Shown here one piece after another: positions 1 through 8,883 of a stretch of DNA of 64,000 nt (within the stretch, counting starts at the first letter, position 1; every line of letters starts with the position of its first letter). The notes under the pieces are model-generated. The model ran no database searches, was not told where the DNA came from, and saw only the letters and a list, made by a program, of their open reading frames with translations. This DNA is from a virus, in IMG/VR virus record IMGVR_UViG_3300031565_005154. One strand, written 5' to 3'. Both the position numbers and the translations under genes were made by a program.

Positions 1-1
1 A

Positions 2-1174
2 ATTGACGTACAAAATGGTAGCACAGAATATATTATCGATATTTCTGGAGCAGCACGAAGCCTAGACACATATTATCCTTCTAAAAGTGTTGATATGTTT
101 ATTCATGGACACAATAATGTGAATGAATCTGGAAACTTATTCATTAACAGCCATGAATCATTACAAACATCTGGAAATCTATTTACGCATGGGCATGACC
201 AAATAGGGGGGGGGAGTGGTATGGATTTATTCATAAAAAGCCATAGACCCGTCTCTGTATCTGGTGATATGTTTGTCCATGGGTACGAATATATTCCCGT
301 ATCTGGTAATCTATTCATTGATGGGTGTTGTGGTGATAGTGTATGTGCTGACTTATTTATTAATGCTCATTCTACATGGTGTGAATCCGGCGACCTATAT
401 ATAAATGGTCGCGCATCCATATCCTCATCTAGCAATCTATTTGTTTGTGGTCATGCGTATGCATCTGGTCGGCGCGATATGTTCGTGTCTGCCCACGAAT
501 CAATAAGTACTGATGATGATCTGTTTATCTGTGGTATCGGAACAATTCAGTTATCTGGAAATTTGTATATTGGTGGAAGTGGTATCATTCCATCTGTTAA
601 TCAGATGAATTTATTCATCAATGGTTCTAGACCAATAATACCCACAACTTGTCCAATCCTCGACCCAACAGCATCTATACAGATAAGCGATACGTTGATA
701 GGCATTTATCAGTCTAGGATTGATGCATTGATAAATCAACTTGGTAAAAATGTATATTTGGAATTTGATCCTATTCGTGAGCCTTGCCCGAATTGTACAT
801 TTGATAAAATACGGAATAGATCAACGGGTATTTATAAGCCCGGCGGACCAAGGCCATTTGTTCGTGGCCGGAGATGCCCATTCTGTAAAAATAAGGGTTT
901 GTTAGAAACCGTTGTTAATAAATGTATAAAATGTCTCATAAAGTGGAATCCGCACGACGCCAAAGACTTTGGGATTTCGGTTTCACAAACCAAGGGTATT
1001 GTTAGGCTTAAAACGTATCTAACCGAAGCAGATGACATGATAAGGGCCAAAACTATATTGACTAATCATGATATAATAGGACAAATGAAGATGAGAGTAC
1101 GATTAATCAGGGGGCCAATTCCAGTAGGGTTACGTGAAGATAGATATTGCATAAGTTTTTGGGAGTTGATATAA
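2..1174 (+). CDS. 5'-truncated virion protein: N-terminal array of ~15-aa (S)G(N/D)LF(I/V)xG(H) repeats fused to a C-terminal head-closure/neck-like domain with two CxxC motifs
   Basis: Frame is open from position 2 (IDVQNGSTEY...) to TAA 1172-1174; repeats SGNLFINSH, SGNLFTHGH, SGDMFVHGY, SGDLYINGR; CPNC...CPFC; first gene of a structural run. Confidence 0.6.
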   Translation: MDVQNGSTEYIIDISGAARSLDTYYPSKSVDMFIHGHNNVNESGNLFINSHESLQTSGNLFTHGHDQIGGGSGMDLFIKSHRPVSVSGDMFVHGYEYIPVSGNLFIDGCCGDSVCADLFINAHSTWCESGDLYINGRASISSSSNLFVCGHAYASGRRDMFVSAHESISTDDDLFICGIGTIQLSGNLYIGGSGIIPSVNQMNLFINGSRPIIPTTCPILDPTASIQISDTLIGIYQSRIDALINQLGKNVYLEFDPIREPCPNCTFDKIRNRSTGIYKPGGPRPFVRGRRCPFCKNKGLLETVVNKCIKCLIKWNPHDAKDFGISVSQTKGIVRLKTYLTEADDMIRAKTILTNHDIIGQMKMRVRLIRGPIPVGLREDRYCISFWELI

Positions 1175-1866
1175 TGATATTCAAGCTAGAGGTGACACCC
1201 AAAATGATTTCACATTTATCTACGATTGTCAGGCGTGGCGGGTCTGAGCTTTGGGCAGGACGAGTAATGGCACATGCTCGTGCTATTAGTATGTCAATAG
1301 GCGCAATGCTGGTAAGTACTTTTAATAAAACGGCGGTTGCTATGGCACTGAGAGGACAAGGATCAGAAGATTTGCCAGCACACTTTGGTTTGAGTGATAG
1401 TGAGGCCAATAACCTGGCTGATGGGATGGCAGATTTGATTAGATCATCAGTTCGGCTATTGAGTTTCAAGCTCGGCAAAGTTATGGCGATAGACATCCGT
1501 GCCGTAGAAAAAGATTGGAGTAAATACTTGTCATTGCCTGGTGCGCAGTATATGTCATCCCCATCTAATATTATGATACCGGTTGCTAAGTGGCTATTGG
1601 TTGATCCTTCAATAGATATTGGTGCCGCCGCATATGATATAGTGTTTTCAGGAGAAAATGAAAAATTTACGGCACAGATAAATAAGGTGTCCCGTAGTGG
1701 TAGGGCAATTATGGTATCGCTTAAAGCATTGGGCGGCGGTGGAACCCCCTATGTTCTTCCTTCAATTGTCTCTGGTGGTATGGGTGAAAATTTTATAGAA
1801 ATGACCCTCAAACAGAAGAGTGTTGCGGTTGAAGCTGCACGAATACTAATGAGAAGGGTGCAATAA
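1174..1866 (+). CDS. Putative neck/tail-completion structural protein
   Basis: TAATG overlap with upstream gene gives ATG at 1174; position between head-closure-like and tail genes; no motif recognised. Confidence 0.45.
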   Translation: MIFKLEVTPKMISHLSTIVRRGGSELWAGRVMAHARAISMSIGAMLVSTFNKTAVAMALRGQGSEDLPAHFGLSDSEANNLADGMADLIRSSVRLLSFKLGKVMAIDIRAVEKDWSKYLSLPGAQYMSSPSNIMIPVAKWLLVDPSIDIGAAAYDIVFSGENEKFTAQINKVSRSGRAIMVSLKALGGGGTPYVLPSIVSGGMGENFIEMTLKQKSVAVEAARILMRRVQ

Positions 1867-1867
1867 A

Positions 1868-2803
1868 ATGTGTGCGCTAACTTTCAGGGGAATAAACGAA
1901 GGCGGATTTGGCGGTTTCGAATTAACTGATCAGCTTCTCCAAAATTTGAAATTTTTTGTAGACTGGAATTTGCTCAATAATGGTGCTTACGGTATTTACG
2001 AATACGATTCTGAAAGTTATTATTCCGACGACGAATCTAGGTTACACACTGTTCCAGACGAACGTTATGGCCCTGGTTATGTTTGGGAAGGTGTCGGCCA
2101 CGAATGGTGTTGGGAAAGCGGTGTGTCGTTAGGCAGTGGAGCAGTTGATCCATTCAGAGTATCTGGAGTTTACGTAGATGGCACATTTCATCCGAAAGAA
2201 GAAACAGGAATATACGCCCACCATATCGATTATCTCAACGGGCGCATTATATTTGATGAACCAAAATCCCTACAGAGTGATATCAGAGTAGAATATTCTA
2301 GAAGGTCCGTCCACGTTGGATTCGCAGATGATATTGAGTTTCGGACACTAATGTTAAATGCGGTGGAGGAATTTCTCACCGACTCTTTGCCGTCTGGCAC
2401 AACGTCAAGAGAACATCAAGTTTGGTTACCCAGTATATTTATCGAAGAGACCACAGGAGAGCAGCGTGGTTTGCAATTGGGCGGCGGACAGATAAAAACA
2501 AGATACATTACTTTTCATATTTTCGCCGATAACCCACAAGATAGAAATCTACTAAAAGATTGGTTGGACTATCAAAGCAGAAGTACTTTTTGGATGGCCG
2601 ATTTGAATAATATTACATTTCCATTTGATGAATATGGCGATATTGTTCCGGGAGTTACTAACTGGGTGCAGATGGTCTCGGCTCACCCGTGGAAGAAGTT
2701 GAGGGTTATGGATAGTAAGCCAATAACGATTAATTCATTAAATTCTCAATTATTCCGTGCCAGAGTTGTTTGGGAGATCGAGATTGATTGTGGTTCCATA
2801 TAG
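1868..2803 (+). CDS. Putative tail terminator/completion protein
   Basis: 311 aa; C-terminal half (LPSIFIEETTG...GGGQIKTRYITFHIFADNPQDRNLLKDWL) resembles tail-terminator-type proteins; directly upstream of the tail-tube-like gene. Confidence 0.45.
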   Translation: MCALTFRGINEGGFGGFELTDQLLQNLKFFVDWNLLNNGAYGIYEYDSESYYSDDESRLHTVPDERYGPGYVWEGVGHEWCWESGVSLGSGAVDPFRVSGVYVDGTFHPKEETGIYAHHIDYLNGRIIFDEPKSLQSDIRVEYSRRSVHVGFADDIEFRTLMLNAVEEFLTDSLPSGTTSREHQVWLPSIFIEETTGEQRGLQLGGGQIKTRYITFHIFADNPQDRNLLKDWLDYQSRSTFWMADLNNITFPFDEYGDIVPGVTNWVQMVSAHPWKKLRVMDSKPITINSLNSQLFRARVVWEIEIDCGSI

Positions 2804-2819
2804 TTTCAAGATAGTGGTT

Positions 2820-2829
2820 GGTGTATAAT
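2820..2829 (+). promoter_or_regulatory. Class L (putative late) promoter GGTGTATAAT
   Basis: Motif recurs in 7 intergenic or gene-end positions, mostly ahead of structural genes. Confidence 0.6.
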
Positions 2830-2885
2830 ATTGTTGTGGATAGTTATTCGGATAGTGTTAAACTGAAAGGTGGGGGTGAGTGTAT

Positions 2886-3995
2886 ATGAGTTCTAATTCA
2901 AGGATTTTTTATGCAATTCAAGCAATTGGGTTTGCTGGGCATGATGTTGTGTGTCCTAGTGGATGTGATGTAGTCGGTTCCGGAACACATCCGTCTGGAT
3001 TTAGAACTGCACACGGTGTACAGAGTGTAGGTTTGAATACTACGTTCAATCTGGAGCAAGTCTTCGAATTGGGTCAATTGGAGCTTTACGAGAACGTTGA
3101 GGGTATTCCTGATATTGAACTAACAGCACAGAAAGTACTTGATGGATATCCGTTACTGTATCATCTTGCTACACCGCTTGCAACATCAGCCACTCTAGTT
3201 GGACGTTCAAACGAACGATGTTTTGCGGCCCTTAATATTTATCCAGATACTAATGATAATGCTTCTGGAGTTCCATTACAATCCGTAGGTATGTCTGGAA
3301 TGTATGTATCTGCGATGACCTATACGCTGAACGTAGATGGTAACTCAACCGAAGATTTGACCCTGGTTGGCAATAACAAAGTATGGACTGCTAGTGGTCT
3401 GACTCACTTTGCTCCATCCATATTTGATGGGTCTGATGAACCGATGTCATTGGCTGCATCTGGTGGAGTAGCTCGTAGAGAGAATATCCTGATGGGTTCT
3501 GGATGTTCCATGAGTGCCAATGGAACCATTACTGGTGTTAGTGGTAGTATTTGGCCGGTTGAGCTTGATGGTATCGATGCTAGTGGGTGGAACCTGATCT
3601 CTGGAGATTCCTATACCGCCCACCTTCAAACGGTTACTGTTTCTAGTGACTTGGGTCGAGAGGAACTGTTTGAGCTAGGTCGTCGTGGACCATATCACCG
3701 ATTTGTATCATTCCCGACAGAGGTAACGTGCGCAATTGATATCACTTCGTCAGAGGGTGATCTGATTGATGCTCTAGCTGATCCAGTTGGTGGGAACAAC
3801 CTTACCAATCAAAAGATTTTCATCTGGGTAGAAGAAGGAACACGACTCAACCTGGGGGCTAAGAATAAATTGGCATCGGTTACTTATGGGGGTGGAGATG
3901 CTGGGGGCGGCAATGTGGCCGTGAGTCTAAATTATTCGAACTTTAATTCCTTGAAAATAACGCATACACAAGACCCGGCAGGCTTAGCCACTTAG
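2886..3995 (+). CDS. Major tail tube-like protein with internal domain duplication
   Basis: Ser/Thr/Gly-rich; duplicated motif LNTTFNLEQVFELGQ...PDIELT vs VSSDLGREELFELGR...PTEVTCAI; own promoter and strong terminator suggest high expression. Confidence 0.6.
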   Translation: MSSNSRIFYAIQAIGFAGHDVVCPSGCDVVGSGTHPSGFRTAHGVQSVGLNTTFNLEQVFELGQLELYENVEGIPDIELTAQKVLDGYPLLYHLATPLATSATLVGRSNERCFAALNIYPDTNDNASGVPLQSVGMSGMYVSAMTYTLNVDGNSTEDLTLVGNNKVWTASGLTHFAPSIFDGSDEPMSLAASGGVARRENILMGSGCSMSANGTITGVSGSIWPVELDGIDASGWNLISGDSYTAHLQTVTVSSDLGREELFELGRRGPYHRFVSFPTEVTCAIDITSSEGDLIDALADPVGGNNLTNQKIFIWVEEGTRLNLGAKNKLASVTYGGGDAGGGNVAVSLNYSNFNSLKITHTQDPAGLAT

Positions 3996-4023
3996 TTATT
4001 GATCATTAAAACAAGTTTTTATG

Positions 4024-4047
4024 GGGCAGCTTTTGCTGCCCTTTTTT
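4024..4047 (+). terminator. Rho-independent terminator
   Basis: gggcagc-tttt-gctgccc followed by T6. Confidence 0.85.
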
Positions 4048-4056
4048 ATTATTTGT

Positions 4057-4085
4057 GGAACAAACAGGTGGCTGAGACGTATAAT
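4057..4085 (+). promoter_or_regulatory. Class E promoter GGAAC-N16-CGTATAAT
   Basis: GGAAC 4057-4061, CGTATAAT 4078-4085; same spacing in 6 copies. Confidence 0.75.
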
Positions 4086-4105
4086 GATGTGAAAGGAATT
4101 GGTGT

Positions 4106-4861
4106 ATGAAAAAGGAAACGCTACAGTATCGCATAGATAACAAACTTTGTACCAGGTGCGGAGAGCCTGTTGTTTCTAAGAGAAAAATGTGTGCCAAGCA
4201 TCTTGAGGAAACGCGGCTTAAAGAAAGAAGGAAAAGAGAACGTAGAAAAAATAACAATGTCTGTATTAAATGCGGTCAAAGACCACCGAGAGATGGTAAA
4301 ACCCAATGCTTTATTTGTGCCAATAATAACAGGGATAAGTACAATGCGGCCCACATGGATGTTTATTATCAACGACGATCTGCTGGATTATGTGTCCGGT
4401 GTGGAGAACCAACCAATAAATTTTCTGTTCATTGTAATCCATGTGTAGCATACATGAAACACAAAGACAGAATACGTTACGATAAATCAAGGAAAGCTGG
4501 ATTGTGTGTCCATTGCCACAAAATACCGCCCATAAGCGGAGAGATTCTGTGCATAGCATGTAAAGAAAAGAATGCTATCTGTGGAAAAGATAGTCGGACA
4601 AAACAAAAACTCACCATCCTTCATCATTATGGTGGGAAATGTAAGTCTTGTGGTGAAGCAGATATGGCCGTGTTATCTATCGATCACAAATATGGTGGTG
4701 GCACAAAACATAGACAAGAAATCAGAAAACAAGGTACCACGTTCTACAGATGGTTAGTAAAAAATGATTATCCTGATGATTTTCAGGTACTGTGCTTTAA
4801 CTGCAACATGAAAAAACACCTTAACGGTAGCGTCTGTCCGCATCAAGAACATAAAGAATAG
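4106..4861 (+). CDS. Cys-rich HNH-type homing endonuclease with N-terminal tandem CxxC zinc-ribbon repeats
   Basis: Repeated CxxCG...CxxC units; C-terminal CKSCGE...LSIDHKYGGG...FQVLCFNCNMKK; paralogue at 33466-34263. Confidence 0.75.
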   Translation: MKKETLQYRIDNKLCTRCGEPVVSKRKMCAKHLEETRLKERRKRERRKNNNVCIKCGQRPPRDGKTQCFICANNNRDKYNAAHMDVYYQRRSAGLCVRCGEPTNKFSVHCNPCVAYMKHKDRIRYDKSRKAGLCVHCHKIPPISGEILCIACKEKNAICGKDSRTKQKLTILHHYGGKCKSCGEADMAVLSIDHKYGGGTKHRQEIRKQGTTFYRWLVKNDYPDDFQVLCFNCNMKKHLNGSVCPHQEHKE

Positions 4862-4889
4862 TTTTCGGACTATAAAAAAATATTTTTAT

Positions 4890-4918
4890 GGAACAAACAC
4901 CCACACCGATCGTATAAT
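4890..4918 (+). promoter_or_regulatory. Class E promoter GGAAC-N16-CGTATAAT
   Basis: GGAAC 4890-4894, CGTATAAT 4911-4918. Confidence 0.75.
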
Positions 4919-4923
4919 AAGAC

Positions 4924-5073
4924 ATGTCTGATGATGAAATACGAGACGAAAAGCCCGCACAGTTTGTCTGTAAAAACTGTGGGCTGGTTTGTGATGAAGA
5001 ATGGCTAAAGACCCATAATCATCTTTGTTTCTTTTGTTGGAGTGAACAAACAGATGATTGGTACGGGAATTAA
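4924..5073 (+). CDS. 49-aa small zinc-finger protein (below ORF-track cut-off)
   Basis: MSDDEIRDEKPAQFVCKNCGLVCDEEWLKTHNHLCFFCWSEQTDDWYGN; ATG just after the promoter. Confidence 0.55.
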   Translation: MSDDEIRDEKPAQFVCKNCGLVCDEEWLKTHNHLCFFCWSEQTDDWYGN

Positions 5074-5114
5074 ATGAATACTCTATTCTGTTGCTGTCAT
5101 GGAGAAATTACGAG

Positions 5115-5279
5115 ATGGGTATCAGCGAAAGAAAAAAGACCACCAAGACTTCGACTGCCAAAAAACCATTAATATGTCCACATTGTGGGGAAACTATTTG
5201 GCAAGATGAAGAAAGAACGATTACAACGGTTGAACAGGTATATGATACTAGGTGGGACTGCATGTGCGGGCTGGGGTGA
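5115..5279 (+). CDS. Small zinc-ribbon protein
   Basis: GGAG upstream of ATG 5115; CPHC...CMCG. Confidence 0.5.
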   Translation: MGISERKKTTKTSTAKKPLICPHCGETIWQDEERTITTVEQVYDTRWDCMCGLG

Positions 5280-5340
5280 GCCCAGCGATATGTCTTGAAT
5301 TTATTTTGAACAAACTATAATCTCAAGAGTATTTTTGACA

Positions 5341-5457
5341 ATGGTAATCTTTCTGATTAAAATCTACTTATTGGGCCTTCTCTCTATTATAGGATTTATG
5401 GCTGGGTTGTTTATTTTTGGTATCTTTGTTTGGCCTATTATTAGGAATAGATTTTAA
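5341..5457 (+). CDS. 38-aa single-pass membrane peptide
   Basis: MVIFLIKIYLLGLLSIIGFMAGLFIFGIFVWPIIRNRF; TAATG-coupled to ligA. Confidence 0.5.
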   Translation: MVIFLIKIYLLGLLSIIGFMAGLFIFGIFVWPIIRNRF

Positions 5458-7361
5458 TGGTAGATACGAAACAACTAGAAAAGGCTTCGGAAGCTTATTA
5501 CGCTGGTTCACCAATTATGACAGATACGGAGTTCGATTCGGCTATTGCTGAACTACGAAGAAATGATCCTGATAATTATTTCCTTAAACGTGTTGGATCG
5601 CCCGTTCCTGGTACATTAAAAGCCAGTCATACCATCCCCATGGGCAGTCTTTCAAATGCCAATAACGAACAAGAATTTCTCGCATGGATTCCAGGCAATA
5701 CAGACATTTGTCTTTCCCACAAACTAGATGGTTCCTCTTTGGAGTTGGTTTATCAAGATGGTTCGTTTATACAAGCCATTACTCGTGGAGATGGTAAGAC
5801 TGGGGAAGATGTTACCAGGAATGTTATTAAGTCTGGCAATGTTCCATTGTCAATTCATCCATCAATTACTTCTGTTCGATGTGAATGTTTAATACACAAG
5901 GATGATTGGACCGATCACTTTAAGGGCGATGCTAACCCTCGTAATTCTGCTGCTGGTACTCTCCGTCGCCACGATGGCCACAACGCCAAGTATTTGCAAT
6001 TTTACGCATTTGACGCCATACTGGATACTTACGATTGTAGCGATGAAATTTTTGAGGCTTCTAAGTCCGAAAGCGAACTTCTTGAGTTGCTCGAAGAATG
6101 GTTTTATATACCTGGTTATACGTACACACACAATACGCACGATCTTGCCGAATGGTGTCAAATATGTGAAAAGATGCGGGATAATCTCAAATACGAAATA
6201 GACGGAGTAGTAGCTAAAATAGACGATCGTACTAGATCACAAGCAATGGGTGGTCGTGATGGTCGTCCGAAGGGTCAGATTGCTATCAAGTTTAAGCCTC
6301 GTGGCGGTGAGACTGTTCTTAACAACGTGGTGTGGCAAGTCGGTCATACTGGATCGCTTACGCCTGTTGGTGAAGTATCTCCTGTTGGTGTCGGTGGAAC
6401 TATAATTCGACGTGTTACATTATGTAATATGGACGAGATTGAAAGGTTGGGCATTGCTATTAGTGATCGAGTTGAGGTGGTTCGTGCTGGCGATGTTATT
6501 CCAAAACTATCTAGGCGAATTGGTCTTGGCAATCAAAGACAAAGGATTAATTACCCACAAACATGTCCGGAATGTGGAAGCAAGACATCAAAAGATGGGG
6601 CACGGCTTTTCTGTTTGAACGACCAATGTCCAGGTACATCCCTGGGTCGCGTTATGACGTGGATCAAAAAACGGAATATTCTTAATCTTGGAGTTGGTAT
6701 TATTAAGGCCGCTATGATAGATCGTATTGATCAACTATATTATTCCCCAATACGTTACCAGAACGATAAACCGTTAGATGCTTGGGCTAGTGTCGACATA
6801 GGAAATGGTGTTCTTGGCGAAAAGCGAGCAAAGAAAATTATAGAAGCCATTGAAAAATCTAGATCGGTTTCTCTATCTGAATTTTTGGGTTCTATAGGAA
6901 TTAAAGGCATCGGCAGGTCTCTCTGTCGTGTTCTTTGTGGGGGACTAGGACTGAAGACGATCGATGATGTGTTTGCCGTTCGTCCAGAACAAATAGAATC
7001 GTTAGACGGATTTGGTCATACGAGAGCACATAATTTCTGTAGCTGGGTATTGGAACATGATGAAGAAGTATTCGATTTAGCTTCTGAGATGAATTTTGAG
7101 GATCAGCCAGACACCAAAGGGATGGACGGGTCGTTAAGCGGTGAGGTTATCTGTTTCACCGGTAAGTCTCCAAAACCCCGTCCAGAAATGAGTCAACTAG
7201 CTGAGTCTGCTGGAGCATCTGTTAGCAGTTCCATAAACGCACACACCACTATATTAGTTATTGCTGATCCAGAAAGCGAGTCATCTAAGGCGGTTAAAGC
7301 TCGCCAGATGGGGATGAGGCTTATGTCCCCGGATGAGTTTTTGACTATGGCTGGTGTATAA
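5457..7361 (+). CDS. ligA: NAD-dependent DNA ligase
   Basis: KLDG adenylylation motif, AITRGDG, NPRNSAAG, EIDGVV, OB fold (WQVGHTG..TPV, AGDVIP), C4 zinc finger, HhH repeats, C-terminal BRCT. Confidence 0.97.
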   Translation: MVDTKQLEKASEAYYAGSPIMTDTEFDSAIAELRRNDPDNYFLKRVGSPVPGTLKASHTIPMGSLSNANNEQEFLAWIPGNTDICLSHKLDGSSLELVYQDGSFIQAITRGDGKTGEDVTRNVIKSGNVPLSIHPSITSVRCECLIHKDDWTDHFKGDANPRNSAAGTLRRHDGHNAKYLQFYAFDAILDTYDCSDEIFEASKSESELLELLEEWFYIPGYTYTHNTHDLAEWCQICEKMRDNLKYEIDGVVAKIDDRTRSQAMGGRDGRPKGQIAIKFKPRGGETVLNNVVWQVGHTGSLTPVGEVSPVGVGGTIIRRVTLCNMDEIERLGIAISDRVEVVRAGDVIPKLSRRIGLGNQRQRINYPQTCPECGSKTSKDGARLFCLNDQCPGTSLGRVMTWIKKRNILNLGVGIIKAAMIDRIDQLYYSPIRYQNDKPLDAWASVDIGNGVLGEKRAKKIIEAIEKSRSVSLSEFLGSIGIKGIGRSLCRVLCGGLGLKTIDDVFAVRPEQIESLDGFGHTRAHNFCSWVLEHDEEVFDLASEMNFEDQPDTKGMDGSLSGEVICFTGKSPKPRPEMSQLAESAGASVSSSINAHTTILVIADPESESSKAVKARQMGMRLMSPDEFLTMAGV

Positions 7362-7362
7362 T
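7353..7362 (+). promoter_or_regulatory. Class L promoter GGTGTATAAT overlapping the ligA stop
   Basis: Exact motif; followed about 95 nt later by a strong terminator. Confidence 0.5.
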
Positions 7363-7365
7363 ATT

Positions 7366-7473
7366 ATGAACGAAAGTAATAAGCAGGCGTCGAATTTTAG
7401 TTACGCCACCTTGTGCATCGTTCTTACCTTAGTGACCGGAGCCGCAACGCGGCTCCTTTTTTTCGTTGTCTAA
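7366..7473 (+). CDS. 35-aa hydrophobic leader-like peptide spanning a terminator
   Basis: MNESNKQASNFSYATLCIVLTLVTGAATRLLFFVV; TAATG-coupled to the next gene. Confidence 0.35.
   Translation: MNESNKQASNFSYATLCIVLTLVTGAATRLLFFVV
7438..7463 (+). terminator. Rho-independent terminator
   Basis: ggagccgc-aac-gcggctcc + T7. Confidence 0.85.
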
Positions 7474-7784
7474 TGTTGAAATTGTGGTATCTAATCCTAC
7501 CGATAACTGTGTTCCTGGTATCGTGTTTTGATCTGGGCGCAACCTTATATTTCGGAAATACATGTAATTATTTTGAGGAAGCAAATCCCGTAGCCGCTCA
7601 TGTGTGGGGTAACTATGGTGAAACAGGTCTTATAATTTTCAAGCTGATCGTCACTTTGGTGTCGTGCCTAGCTATGGGTTGGATATTGACCAATAAAGAA
7701 CAGCCATGGCGAATATTTGTTACGGTGTTCGGTATTACAACATGCGGTTTATTAATGGGTTGGTGGATTTTTTGGATTTTTTGA
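7473..7784 (+). CDS. Small multi-pass membrane protein (DUF5658-like)
   Basis: D...T...EEANPVA...G...FK motif, three hydrophobic segments. Confidence 0.6.
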   Translation: MLKLWYLILPITVFLVSCFDLGATLYFGNTCNYFEEANPVAAHVWGNYGETGLIIFKLIVTLVSCLAMGWILTNKEQPWRIFVTVFGITTCGLLMGWWIFWIF

Positions 7785-7785
7785 T

Positions 7786-7814
7786 GGAACACGGATGGTG
7801 GTTGGACGTATAAT
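7786..7814 (+). promoter_or_regulatory. Class E promoter GGAAC-N16-CGTATAAT
   Basis: GGAAC 7786-7790, CGTATAAT 7807-7814; directly upstream of the tRNA-like RNA. Confidence 0.75.
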
Positions 7815-7824
7815 AAGATGTAAT

Positions 7825-7903
7825 GGGACAGTAGCTCAGATGGCAGAGCATTGCATTAGCCGGTATAATGTAACGGTCGTGGGTTCGAGTCCCACCTGTC
7901 TCG
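7825..7903 (+). tRNA. Atypical tRNA-like gene: canonical acceptor, D and T arms, anticodon arm extended by 6 nt; anticodon unassignable; no encoded CCA
   Basis: GGGACAG/CTGTCTC acceptor, TA, GCTC-AGATGGCA-GAGC, TTGCATTA-GCCGGTA-TAATGTAA, CGGTC, GTGGG-TTCGAGT-CCCAC. Confidence 0.75.
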
Positions 7904-7947
7904 GTAATATATTAAACTGTATCTGTGACTCAAAAGGAGATATCGGT

Positions 7948-8277
7948 ATGATGCTAAAAACAAAAGATGGACATGAATTATTTCGCGGAGATGAATGTTT
8001 TGTTCTCTCGTTTGAAGAAGATGGTGAATACATTGAATCTTCAATAAAATGTATCTATGGTGGTTTTTGGGTCAAGGATAATACACAACTTGTAGCTTCT
8101 TTGCCACCAGGTTGTTCTGGATCATTTATTCCAACGACTGAAACAATGCATCGTTTTGAATTTGCTGATGATGAAGATCAAAAATTCGATCTTTTGAGAT
8201 ATGAAGTAAACAATCTGGTAATCACAGATTTGTCTGGTGTTGCAACGGTTACTAAGCAGAGGCTGAAAGACAATTAG
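7948..8277 (+). CDS. Hypothetical protein
   Basis: AAGGAG RBS before ATG 7948; longer track ORF overlaps the tRNA-like gene. Confidence 0.6.
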   Translation: MMLKTKDGHELFRGDECFVLSFEEDGEYIESSIKCIYGGFWVKDNTQLVASLPPGCSGSFIPTTETMHRFEFADDEDQKFDLLRYEVNNLVITDLSGVATVTKQRLKDN

Positions 8278-8295
8278 TGGTGGGAAAGCCGAACC

Positions 8296-8883
8296 ATGAA
8301 AACACTTATTCATGAAGACCGTTTACAAACAAGAATTGCCGAAATGGCAAAAGAGATTGACTTGTATTATCGGTCGCAGGAATGGTACAAATACACTACT
8401 CAGCCCGTCCATCTAATTGGTGTAATGCTTGGTGCGATTCCGTTCATGGAAGCTTTAGTCCAAAACTTGTCTATTCGTACAGAGTGCCATTGGATTAGGA
8501 TGTCGTCGTATTGTGGTACAACCGGGAAAGTACGATCACCTAAAAGTTTAGCCGAACCCACAAAACGGTTCCGTGGAGATACCCAATTTAATAATCACAT
8601 ATTGTTAGTTGATGATATCTTAGAAACAGGCGAAACACTAAATATCATTCAGAAGAAATATGAGTGGCCAGGTGATGACATTAGAACAGCCGTGCTTTTG
8701 AGGAAGCCAGGAAAAGCCCTCTCTGGTATAACGGCTGATTTTGTTGGATTTGATATTCCTGACAATTTCGTTGTCGGATACGGACTCGATTACGACGGTC
8801 AATATAGAGATTTGCCATACGTGGCAGTTTGGAGTGAAGATGAATCTAGATCAAGCGAAAGCAAAACTAAACAGTGTAAGTAA
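8296..8883 (+). CDS. hpt: Hypoxanthine-guanine phosphoribosyltransferase
   Basis: PRPP-binding ILLVDDILETGETL; RMSSY; FVVGYGLDY...YRDLPYV. Confidence 0.92.
   Translation: MKTLIHEDRLQTRIAEMAKEIDLYYRSQEWYKYTTQPVHLIGVMLGAIPFMEALVQNLSIRTECHWIRMSSYCGTTGKVRSPKSLAEPTKRFRGDTQFNNHILLVDDILETGETLNIIQKKYEWPGDDIRTAVLLRKPGKALSGITADFVGFDIPDNFVVGYGLDYDGQYRDLPYVAVWSEDESRSSESKTKQCK

Noticed and set aside
5307-5335. Additional class E promoter (TGAACAAAC...AGTATTTT)
   Set aside because: Both boxes deviate from the consensus; not counted among the six copies.
7795-7947. Extended N-terminus of the 7795-8277 track ORF
   Set aside because: It overlaps the promoter and the tRNA-like gene; a clear RBS supports ATG 7948.
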